Shown one piece after another: positions 15,553 through 24,956 of a stretch of 44,655 nucleotides of DNA (its first letter is position 1; the number at the start of each line of letters is the position of its first letter). The position numbers were made by a program, and so were the translations under genes. This DNA comes from Kiritimatiellia bacterium. GTDB lineage: Bacteria > Verrucomicrobiota > Kiritimatiellia > JAAZAB01. The notes below the pieces were generated by a model. The model worked only from the letters and a program-made list of their open reading frames with translations. It did no database searches and was not told the DNA's origin. The stretch lies in NCBI GenBank assembly GCA_041674125.1, contig JBAYWJ010000001.1, forward strand, positions 1-44,655, read 5' to 3'.

Positions 15553-18035
15553 GCATGAAAAATAGCGGCAAAAGCATGTCGCACGTCCGGCCGGCCGGTT
15601 TTGTCATATCGCTCTTGGCTATCTTGGCAATTTACCCGGCTCAGGGCAGCGAACACATCGTCAGTAACGGCAAGGCTAACGCCGAAATCGTGATTGCCGC
15701 CGATCCTCCGCGCATGGTGAAGCTGGCGGCCGAAGAGCTGCAGGCCTACGTTAATCAAATATCGGGCGCGGAGCTGACAATCGTAACCAACGTCACCGCG
15801 GCATATCCGGTCAAAATCTACGTGGGCAAAAGCGCTTACACGGACAAGCCTGACGTCATGGCTCGACCGGGCTCGCCACCGGCCGATGACGGGCTGAAAT
15901 ACGGCGCGTTCCGCATGAAGTCGGGGCCGGATTATTTAATACTGCTTGGCCATGATTTCGACTTCGCGCCCAAGGAGCCGCATGAGTCGGAAAGCAAGGA
16001 CAGGACCCAGGCGCTGGCGGAGTGGGATAAGCTGACCAAGTCGCGGACGGACGCGGCCTGGGGGAACCCGATGGGCGGAATAAGCCGGGCTTTCAACAAG
16101 GCCACCGGGACATGGGCGCATGACGAGGGCGGGTCGCTGAACGCGGTCTATGAATTCCTCCATGACCTGGGCGTGCGTTGGTACCTGCCGGGCGAGCTGG
16201 GGGAAGTGGTGCCGGAAACAAAAACGATCGCGTTGCCCTCTGTTGACCGGCTGGTGCGGCCCACGTATCCGCTGCGGTATTTCATGGGACCGTCTTACGC
16301 AAACGCGCCGCGCGAGGCTGTGTTGTGGGGGCGCCGTTTGAGATTGAATTACGGCTACGAGCTGCTGGGCGTGGGGCAGAAGACGCACGGGTTGAGCAAC
16401 GTGCACGCGCGCAGGGAAATGCAGGAAAAGCATCCGGAATACTATGCCCTGATCGGCGGCAAGCGCGACGTCAAGACCAGGGGCACCGGCCATGCCTGTT
16501 TTTCATCGGAGGGGCTGCAGCGCGAGGCTGCCAACTACGCCCGCGCGGTTTTTGACATCTACGACGAGCCGACCCTGCAGCTTTCGCCCCAGGACGGGCT
16601 GCGGATGTGCCAGTGCGAAAAGTGCGGCAAGCTGACGCCTTCGGACGCGGTCTGGGGTTTTCTTGACCGCGTGGCGCGCGAGGTATACAAGACCCATCCC
16701 GACCGCCTTTTGATCGGCGCCGCCTACACGTCATACCGCGATCCGCCGGAAAACATCAGCCGGCTCAGCACCAACATTGCTATCCGGATCAACAACGTGG
16801 GGCGCCCCACGCTGGACGTCCCGGAGCGCTGGGAATGGTACCAGGGCCTCGTGACGGGCTGGCAGGCCAGGGCGGCCTCCGGCAAGATTATCCGGGTGGA
16901 AAATAATTATTACAGCACGGTGATTCACCCGCACATTATCGCCAAAGACCTGAAGGCCATGCGGGGCATCTCGCTGGGCGAGATGAACGAGGTCAGCCGG
17001 GAAAAAGCCGCCGGCGGACAGGGGCAGACCTGGGGCAAGCCGGGGCTCAACCACCTGAATCTCTACGTCAATGCCGCCTTTCTCTGGGATGCCGACCAGG
17101 ACCTGGACGCGCTGCTGGATGAATACTACACGCTCTTCTACGGTCCGGCAAAAAAGGAGATGCGCGCGGCGTTTGAACATGCCGAGGCCAGCTACAGCCG
17201 GGAAGGGAAAGCGTGCATGGAACTGCCGGGGCTCATCCGGTTCGTGGAGCTGCTGCACGCAGGCCGCAAGGCCGCCGGCGGCACCGTATACGGGAAGCGC
17301 GTCCAGCTGATCCTGGACGAACTTGATCCGCTGGAAAAGCTGCGCGCCATGCACGCGATCAATACCCAGCGCACGAACGCGCCGGCTTTTTCTCCCTGGA
17401 ACCTTGACAACGGCAAATGGGACCAGGCCTGGAAAAACTCCCGGGTGGACGGGAAGCTGGATGAACCTTTCTGGCGCAACCAGAAGCTGCTGCAAATCCA
17501 GGGCGGGGGAGGCAAGGCGAAGTATGAAACGCTTTTCAGCATTTTGCCCGGTCGCGGAGTTATATGTGTCGGCATCATGTGCCGCGGCATGACCAAGCAG
17601 CCTCCCAATATTTCCACGACCAGGGATGGCGATCCGGCCATCCTGCATGGCGACCATGTCGAGTTCCTGCTGGAAACGGACGCGCACGCCTATTACCGCA
17701 TTGTCGTCAATCCCGCGGGCGCGCGCCTGGAAATGGACATGGCGGAAGACGGCGTCGGCGCGGCCTGGTCTTCCAATGCCGAGATATCCGTGGACCGGGG
17801 CGGGGATTACTGGTCGGTCGAAATGCGCATCCCGGTGGTGCCCGAGGATGAGGGCGCGGGCGACCCCAACCATTACGTGCTTTACCGGCGCATGCCTTCG
17901 GAACTCTGGCCTTGGCATTTCAATATCGGCCGGGTGCGGGTCCGGGGCGATGAAACGGAGAAATCGGCATTTGTTCCCGCCGGCGAAAAGGGCTTGCAGG
18001 ATAGGCTGAAATTCGCGCGCCTGATTGGCAAATAA
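15549..18035 (+). CDS. Secreted DUF4838-like / CBM9-like protein (paralog 2)
   Basis: Signal-like RPAGFVISLLAILAIYPAQG. HIVSNGKANAEIVIAADPPRMVKLAAEELQAYVNQISGAEL, GGSLNAVYEFLHDLGVRWYLPGELGEVVP, HPEYYALIGGKRD, ACFSS...MCQCEKCGK, VDGKLDEPFWRN, PWHFNIGRVRVR. Alternative starts at 15555 and 15576. Confidence 0.85.
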   Translation: MSMKNSGKSMSHVRPAGFVISLLAILAIYPAQGSEHIVSNGKANAEIVIAADPPRMVKLAAEELQAYVNQISGAELTIVTNVTAAYPVKIYVGKSAYTDKPDVMARPGSPPADDGLKYGAFRMKSGPDYLILLGHDFDFAPKEPHESESKDRTQALAEWDKLTKSRTDAAWGNPMGGISRAFNKATGTWAHDEGGSLNAVYEFLHDLGVRWYLPGELGEVVPETKTIALPSVDRLVRPTYPLRYFMGPSYANAPREAVLWGRRLRLNYGYELLGVGQKTHGLSNVHARREMQEKHPEYYALIGGKRDVKTRGTGHACFSSEGLQREAANYARAVFDIYDEPTLQLSPQDGLRMCQCEKCGKLTPSDAVWGFLDRVAREVYKTHPDRLLIGAAYTSYRDPPENISRLSTNIAIRINNVGRPTLDVPERWEWYQGLVTGWQARAASGKIIRVENNYYSTVIHPHIIAKDLKAMRGISLGEMNEVSREKAAGGQGQTWGKPGLNHLNLYVNAAFLWDADQDLDALLDEYYTLFYGPAKKEMRAAFEHAEASYSREGKACMELPGLIRFVELLHAGRKAAGGTVYGKRVQLILDELDPLEKLRAMHAINTQRTNAPAFSPWNLDNGKWDQAWKNSRVDGKLDEPFWRNQKLLQIQGGGGKAKYETLFSILPGRGVICVGIMCRGMTKQPPNISTTRDGDPAILHGDHVEFLLETDAHAYYRIVVNPAGARLEMDMAEDGVGAAWSSNAEISVDRGGDYWSVEMRIPVVPEDEGAGDPNHYVLYRRMPSELWPWHFNIGRVRVRGDETEKSAFVPAGEKGLQDRLKFARLIGK

Positions 18036-18206
18036 AAATGAGGCCAAAGAAATGGCGCGCCATGGATGGAAATGCGCGTGAAAAAATCCGACCATGTCGG
18101 GATCATGCGATCACGACTGTAATGAGGGCGGCCGTTCCATCCAAGTTCAAGCAAATATCAATCAGCCGGCCGGTTAACGTGGCAAGCCCGATGAAATGGA
18201 GTCCGC

Positions 18207-19691
18207 ATGTATAATATCATTGATTACGGGGCAATAGCTGATGGAAAGACTGTCAACACCGGGCATATCCAGAAGGCTATCGATGACTGTGCCGGCAAAG
18301 GCGGCGGAACTGTTTATTTCCCGGCAGGAGAGTTCATATCGGGGACGCTTTACCTGAAGAGCCATGTTACCTTGCACATGGAAACAGGCGCCGTATTGCG
18401 GGGGAGCAAGGATGTCAGCGATTACCCGGTGACCGTTCCGGATGGCATATCCAAGGATGCCGAATTCACCCGGAGCCTCATCTACGGGGAAAACCTGAAA
18501 CATGTAGGTATCACGGGCCACGGAATAATCGACGGCAATTCAGGGGCCTTTTTCCAGGACCTGCAGGAGCTCAGGGCATCGGACTACATGGCCTGGCGCA
18601 AGCTACGGCCCTTCAACGTCCGCATCGTCGGCTGTGAACATGTGGTGATCAAGGATGTCACTCTGATGAACGCGTGTGCCTGGTGCGTGCATTGCCGGGG
18701 ATGCGGCAATCTCCAAATCGGGGGGATTGCCCTGGACAGCAGGCAGAAGGGCGTCCCGAACGCCGACGGCATTGATCTCGATGGCTGCGAAAATGTTCGC
18801 ATCTCAGATTGCGACATCACCAGCAGCGACGACGCCCTGGTAATCTTCGGCAAAACTTCCAAGAACATCGTCATCGCGAATTGTTTGCTGAGTTCCAACT
18901 GCCACGCGTTCAAAATATACGGCTCGGGCGCTTTTCAGAACATCTGCCTCAACAACTGTATTATCCATGATACAAACAGGGGCGGAATATCGCTGCAACT
19001 GCATAACGGGTGCCGCCTTGACAATTTGTCGGTATCCAACGTCATCATGGACAGGGTAAAATGCGCCCTCTGGATCCAGCAGACCGGAAGCCCCGGCCAT
19101 GAACCGGAAGGCAGTGTATCCGACATCAGCATCAGTAATATCCAGGCAAAAGGCGCGGACAGCATCGGCTGCCTCATCACGGGCACGCCGGCTTTCCCGC
19201 TCAAGAACGTCACATTGAGCAACATCCGGATTGCCTTTGCAGGGGGAGGCACGAAAGACCTGGCGGAGCTGGAAATAGGAGAATTGCCCGAGCACGACGA
19301 AAGCGTTTTCGGGAAAAAGCTGCACCAGCGCCTTAACAATCACAACCAGTTCGGGATGCTCCCGGCGTACGGTTTCTATTGCCGCCATGCGGAAGGCCTG
19401 GTCATGGAAAACATCGGTCTTTCATATGAATCAGCCGATCACCGGCCGGCCGTGTATTTCAAGGATGTCAGGGATTCAAGGCTGTCCGGTCTGCGGGCCT
19501 CCTATGAAGAAGACGCCGGATCTCTGGTTGTTATTGACGGCTCGCAAAACATCGTCATCAATGGCTGTGACGCAACCGGACGCATTGGCGCTTTGGCCCG
19601 CCTATTGAAATGCAGTAACCATATACATTTTGCAGGTAACAATATATCCGGGCAAGCTGACCCGGATTTCTCACAGGAGAAATTAGGTTAA
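18207..19691 (+). CDS. Glycoside hydrolase family 28-like right-handed beta-helix enzyme (polygalacturonase/rhamnogalacturonase-type), no signal peptide
   Basis: The N-terminus YGAIADGKTVNTGHIQKAIDDCAGKGGGTVYFPAGEFISGTLYLKSHVTL is a pectate-lyase-3-like cap. The catalytic-region pattern is NADGIDLDGCENVRISDCDITSSDDALVIFG...NCHAFKIYG (NxDG, DD and H motifs of GH28). Confidence 0.8.
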   Translation: MYNIIDYGAIADGKTVNTGHIQKAIDDCAGKGGGTVYFPAGEFISGTLYLKSHVTLHMETGAVLRGSKDVSDYPVTVPDGISKDAEFTRSLIYGENLKHVGITGHGIIDGNSGAFFQDLQELRASDYMAWRKLRPFNVRIVGCEHVVIKDVTLMNACAWCVHCRGCGNLQIGGIALDSRQKGVPNADGIDLDGCENVRISDCDITSSDDALVIFGKTSKNIVIANCLLSSNCHAFKIYGSGAFQNICLNNCIIHDTNRGGISLQLHNGCRLDNLSVSNVIMDRVKCALWIQQTGSPGHEPEGSVSDISISNIQAKGADSIGCLITGTPAFPLKNVTLSNIRIAFAGGGTKDLAELEIGELPEHDESVFGKKLHQRLNNHNQFGMLPAYGFYCRHAEGLVMENIGLSYESADHRPAVYFKDVRDSRLSGLRASYEEDAGSLVVIDGSQNIVINGCDATGRIGALARLLKCSNHIHFAGNNISGQADPDFSQEKLG

Positions 19692-19703
19692 ATGAGAAAT
19701 CCG

Positions 19704-19734
19704 CTTTTGCCGCAATCCCTTGCGGCAAAAGTTT
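19704..19734 (+). terminator. Putative intrinsic terminator after the GH28 gene
   Basis: cttttgccgcaa-tccc-ttgcggcaaaag forms a perfect 12-bp stem with a 4-nt loop, starting 13 nt after the stop codon and followed by ttt. The U-run is short. Confidence 0.45.
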
Positions 19735-19989
19735 CGGCGCGGTGCTAACGCACCTTGCTCCCCTCGGCCTGAGCTCGGGACGAAGGCAAGATAGCCTTTC
19801 GATGCGCCGAAAGGTTAATCCTGAGTAAGCCCAGTATTTACTGGGCGCATCGAAGCCCTTCGGGCGCATTTCACACGCAAAGTGTTAGAAATGCGGGCTA
19901 AGGTCCATGTATCAGATGGCACCATCGGGAAACCCGGTGTAATCGTTGGATAAAAATCGAAGTCAAAACGCACAGGGGGAGAAGGATTC

Positions 19990-21372
19990 ATGGCAAACAA
20001 ACGTCCGAATATTTTACTTATCCTTTCAGACGACCAAAGCGTGCCCCACGTCGGGTGTTACGGGTCGCCGAACGTGAAGACGCCAAACCTGGACCGGTTC
20101 GCTTCCCAGGGCATGCGCTTCAACCGCGCCTACACCACCTCGCCGCAGTGCGCGCCCTCGCGCACTTCGATCTTTGCCGGGCGTTCCCCCGTATCCCTGG
20201 GGGTCACGCGCTTCGCCCAGCCGGCCCGTCCCGACACGGTGTTCTTCACGGATATCCTGCGTGAGAACGGCTACTTCGCCGGGCTCATCGGCCGCCATCA
20301 CCACCTGGCCGGACGCGTGGAGCATACCCCGGTCGAACAGGAGGCATTGGAAGCGGCCGGACTGCTCTATGCCGAAAGCCGATTCGACCTGGTCAATACG
20401 TTCCGCACATGGGAGGACAAGGGCCTCGATCTGGCCGAGCAAGGGCTTAACGGGTTCTTAGATGCCGTACCGGAGGAAACGCCGTTCTTTCTCTACCTCG
20501 GCTTCAACCAGCCCCATACACCGTGGCGCGGAGATCATCCTGATTTCCAGCCTAATCCTGCTGAGCTCAAGTTGCCGCGGCATCTGCCTGATCTGCCCGA
20601 GATCCGCGAGGGCTATTGCAAATTCCTGAAATCGATCTTTGATCTTGATCGCGGGTTCGGCCGGGTGATGGGCATTCTTGATCAACGCGGCCTGGCCGAA
20701 AACACCATAGTCCTGTTCATGGGCGACAACGGGGAGGCTCTCTTCCGCGGCAAAGGGACCCTGTACAACTCAGGCAACAACGTCCCCTTGCTGATCCGGT
20801 GGCCGGGTGTCGTGGATGCGGGCGCTGTCACGGATGCCCTGGTCAGCGGGGAAGACCTTGCGGGCACACTGCTCGATGTGGTCGGGCTCAAGCCCGAGCC
20901 TCGTATGACCAGCGTGAGCTTCCTGCCTCTTTTGAAAGGCGAGCGCTTTGAGCCGAGGAAGCATGCTTTTGTCGAACGCGGATACCACGGCAAGATTGGC
21001 TCGATTGAGCTCTCCTGTAACATGGATTTTTCCCGCGGAGTGGTATCTGACCGCTACTTTTTCATCTATAACACGACGCCGGAGAAGCCCTTCGCTCCGG
21101 TGGACTTGAAGGGCGGGCCCATGTGGCAGGCGACCGTGAAAGCCCGGGAAGCAGGCGCTCTCAGCCCCGAGCACGAGCGGATTTATTTCGGGCCGCGCCC
21201 GCTATTCGAGCTGTATGACCTGCATGCCGACCCCGACCAGTTCAACAACCTGGCGGACTCCCCCGGGCACAACGCCGCGGGTATTGAACTGCGCGACGTC
21301 CTGACACAATGGATGATACGCGAGCAGGACTATCTGCCTCTGCCCAACTACACAGGCTGTTCCCCAAAGTAG
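19990..21372 (+). CDS. Cys-type sulfatase (arylsulfatase family), no signal peptide
   Basis: GGGGGAGAAGGA RBS. PNILLILSDDQS metal-binding start; the formylglycine motif C-A-P-S-R-TSIFAGR; later GDNG and a C-terminal ELYDLHADPDQFNNLA motif typical of S1 sulfatases. Confidence 0.9.
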   Translation: MANKRPNILLILSDDQSVPHVGCYGSPNVKTPNLDRFASQGMRFNRAYTTSPQCAPSRTSIFAGRSPVSLGVTRFAQPARPDTVFFTDILRENGYFAGLIGRHHHLAGRVEHTPVEQEALEAAGLLYAESRFDLVNTFRTWEDKGLDLAEQGLNGFLDAVPEETPFFLYLGFNQPHTPWRGDHPDFQPNPAELKLPRHLPDLPEIREGYCKFLKSIFDLDRGFGRVMGILDQRGLAENTIVLFMGDNGEALFRGKGTLYNSGNNVPLLIRWPGVVDAGAVTDALVSGEDLAGTLLDVVGLKPEPRMTSVSFLPLLKGERFEPRKHAFVERGYHGKIGSIELSCNMDFSRGVVSDRYFFIYNTTPEKPFAPVDLKGGPMWQATVKAREAGALSPEHERIYFGPRPLFELYDLHADPDQFNNLADSPGHNAAGIELRDVLTQWMIREQDYLPLPNYTGCSPK

Positions 21373-21541
21373 GCCGGCATGGCACGGAACCTATCTCAAA
21401 ATTGGCATGGAGCATGGTGCGACAGTTGCACTGGCGGAGACCCGCTTGCAGAACGCCGCCATGGCCGACGCTTCCCGGCCGAGCTCGTGCGGGCAAGCTC
21501 TGCCGGCCGCGCCGCCGTATTCCATTGGAACAGAGCGCATA

Positions 21542-22393
21542 TCATTGCGCATCTTTTGGGTCGGATTTTGACCGCGAGGGGCTGAATCCCATGATGCGCT
21601 TGAAGGCCTTGGAAAAGGAGTAGGGGTCGGCGAAGCCCAGTTCGTAGCCCACTTCGCCGATGGAACGATTGCGCTGCTGCAGCTCATGGAGCGCGTGGGT
21701 CATTTTGCGCCGTAGCAGGAAGCGGTGCGGCGGGCAATCCGCATGGCGCTGGAACAAGCGGCATAACCTGGCGTGGGTGGTGCCGAATTGCCGGGCGACA
21801 TCCGCCACGCTGCGAATTTTGATATAATTATGAATAATATACTCCCGGCAGCCGGTAAACAGCATGCGGCCTGGATCGCCGGTGGCGCTGGCGTGTTCAT
21901 GTTCCAGGCGGATGGTCTGGAGAGTAGGAGGCAGCAGCCCGGCCACAATGTCGCTGGCGGCTGGATAGCCTTTGCCGGCGGCTGTCAACATGGCCATAAA
22001 CAGGGATTCCACCTGGCCGGCATCGGCGGGGGCAAAGATGCGGGAAGACTGCCCCAGGAATTCCGTTACCACATTACTGCCGGGTGTGAACCGGACAACA
22101 CAGATCAGCAGGCGCAAGCCTTTTTCGGCAATGACCGAGAACCCGTATTGGCAAGGCTCCCTGGCAAGGTAGACAATGTGGCCCGGCCTGGCTTCCAGCC
22201 GCGATGTTTCCGTTTCGATGGCCAGGCATCCTTCCTGGATATAAGCAATAAAACTGCTGTCGTGCCCGCGACGGACGTGATGGAATTCACGGTTCCAGTG
22301 TTCCTGGGCGACGCGCAGAACCCACGGCCGGCCCTTTGAAGGTTGGTTCAGGATATAGCTTTGCTTGCTGATGAATTTTATATTGCTTGGCAT
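21542..22393 (-). CDS. AraC-family transcriptional regulator (cupin-like sensor domain plus double HTH)
   Basis: C-terminal IRSVADVARQFGTTHARLCRLFQRH...HRFLLRRKMTHALHELQQRNRSIGEVGYELGFADPYSFSKAFKRIMGFSPS is the AraC/XylS HTH signature. Divergent from the URO-D-like gene pair. Confidence 0.9.
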   Translation of the reverse strand: MPSNIKFISKQSYILNQPSKGRPWVLRVAQEHWNREFHHVRRGHDSSFIAYIQEGCLAIETETSRLEARPGHIVYLAREPCQYGFSVIAEKGLRLLICVVRFTPGSNVVTEFLGQSSRIFAPADAGQVESLFMAMLTAAGKGYPAASDIVAGLLPPTLQTIRLEHEHASATGDPGRMLFTGCREYIIHNYIKIRSVADVARQFGTTHARLCRLFQRHADCPPHRFLLRRKMTHALHELQQRNRSIGEVGYELGFADPYSFSKAFKRIMGFSPSRSKSDPKDAQ

Positions 22394-22396
22394 TGG

Positions 22397-22432
22397 TCAA
22401 AAATAGACATTAAATAATCAAAAATCAACATT
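22397..22432. promoter_or_regulatory. Two 15-nt direct repeats with 21-bp phasing in the araC/URO-D divergent region (candidate AraC-type binding sites)
   Basis: TCAAAAATAGACATT (22397-22411) and TCAAAAATCAACATT (22418-22432) are 13/15 identical, with starts exactly 21 bp apart. A TATAAC -10-like hexamer at 22458-22463 has no good -35, as expected for an activator-dependent promoter. Confidence 0.5.
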
Positions 22433-22511
22433 TTCATGGCATTATTTGATGTTAGTTTATAACCATATGAAAATAATGGGCATCTTTTGATTGGAGCATG
22501 AGAGGAAAGAC

Positions 22512-23618
22512 ATGACAAATCAACAAGATCATAATTGCGCAAAAACCCAGCCCGCGGTGAAGCCCTCTGCTCCCGCCGATATCCGCAACGGCGCCCCTGC
22601 CAACGGCCTGGTATGGGGGCTTGAAAATTTCGGCAGCCACCGTCCGCCGGCGGACGAAGACTTCTACACCCGCAACGGACGCCAGTTCCTGCGCTGCTCG
22701 AGCTGGGAGCAGAAAATGAGGCGCCAGAAAGACCGCCCGAAACCATGGTTCCTGACCACGTTTGACGGCGTCGAATACACGGAAACCGAAGATGGCGAAC
22801 ACGACGTCTTTACCTGGAAAACACCGGCTGGCACCGTTACCGGCCGCCGGCACGAAAACCATTTCTGCGAGTACCCGATAAAATCGCTCAATGATCTTGA
22901 TGTCTGGGTTTACGTGTATTCCCATGTCGGCTTCCGCCGGAACGATTCCTGGTTCGAGCGCCACGATGCGCGGAAATTGGATACCATCGGGCTGAACTGG
23001 TCCCCCGTGCAGCAGCTCCTGGAGTTCGATATCGGTGTTGAAAATTTTTATTATTTTCTCATGGATGCGCCCGACAAGATGAACGCGCTCCTGGAAACCA
23101 TGCAGGCCCGGTGCATGGACCGGCTGCGCCTCGGGCTTTCACTTTTTCCGCAAGCCAGGAACATATACTGGGGAGAAAACACCTCTTCAAGCCTGATCTC
23201 GCCCGACTACTACCGCCAGCTCACCATGCCCCATATCCGGGCTTACGCCCGGCTTGCCCACCAGCACAACAAGCGCCTGAACGTCCACATGTGCGGGCTC
23301 CTGCGGGACCTGCTCGACTGCTTCGTGCCCACGGAAATGGACGGGATCGATTCCGTGACCCCGCCGCCGGTCGGCAATACACCCTTCCGCATGGTCCGCG
23401 AAAAATTCAAGCCGGATTTTTACATCATGGGCCGCATGAACGCCCAGCTCTGGATGGGCAAAAGCCGCGATGGCATCCAGGCCGTCGTCCGGGATTTGAT
23501 TTACCCGGAATTGCTGCGGACGCCATTCCTCTTTGCGGTCACCCCGGACGCCATCCCGGATATTCCGCGCGAGGATGTCATGAATCTGTACGAGGCGCTC
23601 GAAACCATGGAGTGGTGA
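22512..23618 (+). CDS. URO-D-fold (uroporphyrinogen decarboxylase / MT2 methyltransferase superfamily)-like protein, divergent N-terminus
   Basis: GAGAGGAAAG RBS before ATG 22512. The C-terminal half (ISPDYYRQLTMPHIRAYARLAHQHNKRLNVHMCGLLRDLLDCFVPTEMDGIDSVTP...) aligns with the next gene and with my recollection of URO-D family barrels. It contains an H-x-C-G element (VHMCG). Confidence 0.5.
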   Translation: MTNQQDHNCAKTQPAVKPSAPADIRNGAPANGLVWGLENFGSHRPPADEDFYTRNGRQFLRCSSWEQKMRRQKDRPKPWFLTTFDGVEYTETEDGEHDVFTWKTPAGTVTGRRHENHFCEYPIKSLNDLDVWVYVYSHVGFRRNDSWFERHDARKLDTIGLNWSPVQQLLEFDIGVENFYYFLMDAPDKMNALLETMQARCMDRLRLGLSLFPQARNIYWGENTSSSLISPDYYRQLTMPHIRAYARLAHQHNKRLNVHMCGLLRDLLDCFVPTEMDGIDSVTPPPVGNTPFRMVREKFKPDFYIMGRMNAQLWMGKSRDGIQAVVRDLIYPELLRTPFLFAVTPDAIPDIPREDVMNLYEALETMEW

Positions 23619-23767
23619 ATAATTTTACCCTTCTTCGCCAGAAAGCCCTGTGGCTTGCCACAGGGATGAATGGCATCTGTGGCTTCGCAGGGTTCCGCAA
23701 AGATGCCCCGTCCCGACCTCTTCGAGTCGGGACCGCGGGGTGCTTCACTAAAGAAAAGGTACAGGAT

Positions 23768-24880
23768 ATGAGCAATCAAATGACAGCACGGGAACGATTC
23801 GTCAGGACCTTGACCGGGGAAAAAGTCGACCGGGTACCCTTCATGAAAATATTCGGGGGGGACAATGCCTGCCGCCCGGAGTGGGAAAAGGAAGTCCCTG
23901 GCCTGAAAGAGCGCATTGACGAACTGCTCAAGTTTGAGGGCCGTTACCGCGGCTGGGCCAGGACCGGTGTCCACATGGACCCGACCGGGTGGGAAGAGGG
24001 GGAGATTATTGAGGAGAAGGGCGAATATGTGATTTTGCGCCGTGGCGAGGGCACCCTGGAGCAGCGCTGCAAGGATCGCAAGGCCGGCTACGGACGCCAC
24101 ACGATCGAGTGGCCGGTCAAGGATATGGCCAGCTGGCAGGAATACAAGCGCAAGTATCTTGATCCGGATGATCCGGCGCGCTTCCCGAAGGATTGGCCGG
24201 AGCGCGTCAGGGAATACAAAAGCCGCGATTATCCCCTGCAGCTCACACACCGCGGCGTCTACGGCTTCGCGCGCGAGCGCATGGGCGACGAGAACCTGGC
24301 CTACGCCTTTTACGACCAGCCCGAACTGGTGCACGACATGATGGAAAACTACACCACCATGGCCATCAAGGTCTGGGAAAAGCAGGTGGCCGAGGTGGAG
24401 TTTGACCTGATCGAGTGCTGGGAAGACATGGCCTCCAAGAATGGCGCCCTCATTTCGCCTGCCATGTTCCGCGAATTCATGACGCCCTGCTACCGGAAGA
24501 TCGCCGCCTTTGCCAAAGAGCACGGGATAAAAATCATCCTGGTGGATTCCGATGGCTTCATCGAGGAACTGGCCGGGCTCATGCTGGCAGGCGGGGTGAC
24601 AGCCATGTACCCTTTCGAGGTGCTTGCTGGCAACGATGTTGCCCGGGTTCGTGACCGTTACCCGAACATTGCATGCCTGGGCGGACTTCGCAAGGAGTGC
24701 ATGTATGAAGGCCAGGCGGCGATTGACGCGGAAATGGAGAAGGCGCGAATGCTGATCCGGAAAGGCCGCTGCATCCCCGGCCCGGATCATTTTGTCCTCA
24801 GCCTGGCGAGCTTTGCCAACTACCGCTATTTCATGGAACGGCTGCGGGAAGTGGTCATGACGACCGCTCCAGAAAATTAG
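23768..24880 (+). CDS. Uroporphyrinogen decarboxylase (URO-D) family protein
   Basis: The N-terminus MTARERFVRTLTGEKVDRVPF is the typical URO-D family opening. WEDMASKNGALISPAMFREFMTPCYRKIAAFAKEHGIKIILVDSDGFIEELAGLMLAGGVTAMYPFE. ATG 23768 lies inside the longer ORF 23111..24880, whose upstream part is repeat-derived. Confidence 0.75.
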   Translation: MSNQMTARERFVRTLTGEKVDRVPFMKIFGGDNACRPEWEKEVPGLKERIDELLKFEGRYRGWARTGVHMDPTGWEEGEIIEEKGEYVILRRGEGTLEQRCKDRKAGYGRHTIEWPVKDMASWQEYKRKYLDPDDPARFPKDWPERVREYKSRDYPLQLTHRGVYGFARERMGDENLAYAFYDQPELVHDMMENYTTMAIKVWEKQVAEVEFDLIECWEDMASKNGALISPAMFREFMTPCYRKIAAFAKEHGIKIILVDSDGFIEELAGLMLAGGVTAMYPFEVLAGNDVARVRDRYPNIACLGGLRKECMYEGQAAIDAEMEKARMLIRKGRCIPGPDHFVLSLASFANYRYFMERLREVVMTTAPEN

Positions 24881-24912
24881 CACGTGAAACATTTACCACG
24901 GATGAACACTGA

Positions 24913-24956
24913 TTGACACTGATGTTGACATTCGACTATTGACGGTCAACCGTCAA
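24913..24956. promoter_or_regulatory. TTGAC motif cluster ending in an 18-nt palindrome upstream of the second sulfatase
   Basis: TTGAC occurs at 24913, 24925 and 24939. TTGACGG-TCAA-CCGTCAA (24939-24956) has perfect 7-bp arms and lies ~80 nt upstream of ATG 25035. Confidence 0.35.

Noticed and set aside
23111-23767. Upstream extension of the second URO-D ORF, overlapping the first URO-D gene out of frame
   Set aside because: The translation is Pro/Arg/Gly/His-rich and runs through the hairpin repeats. The family-typical N-terminus MTARERF...DRVPF starts just after ATG 23768, which has a purine-rich RBS region.
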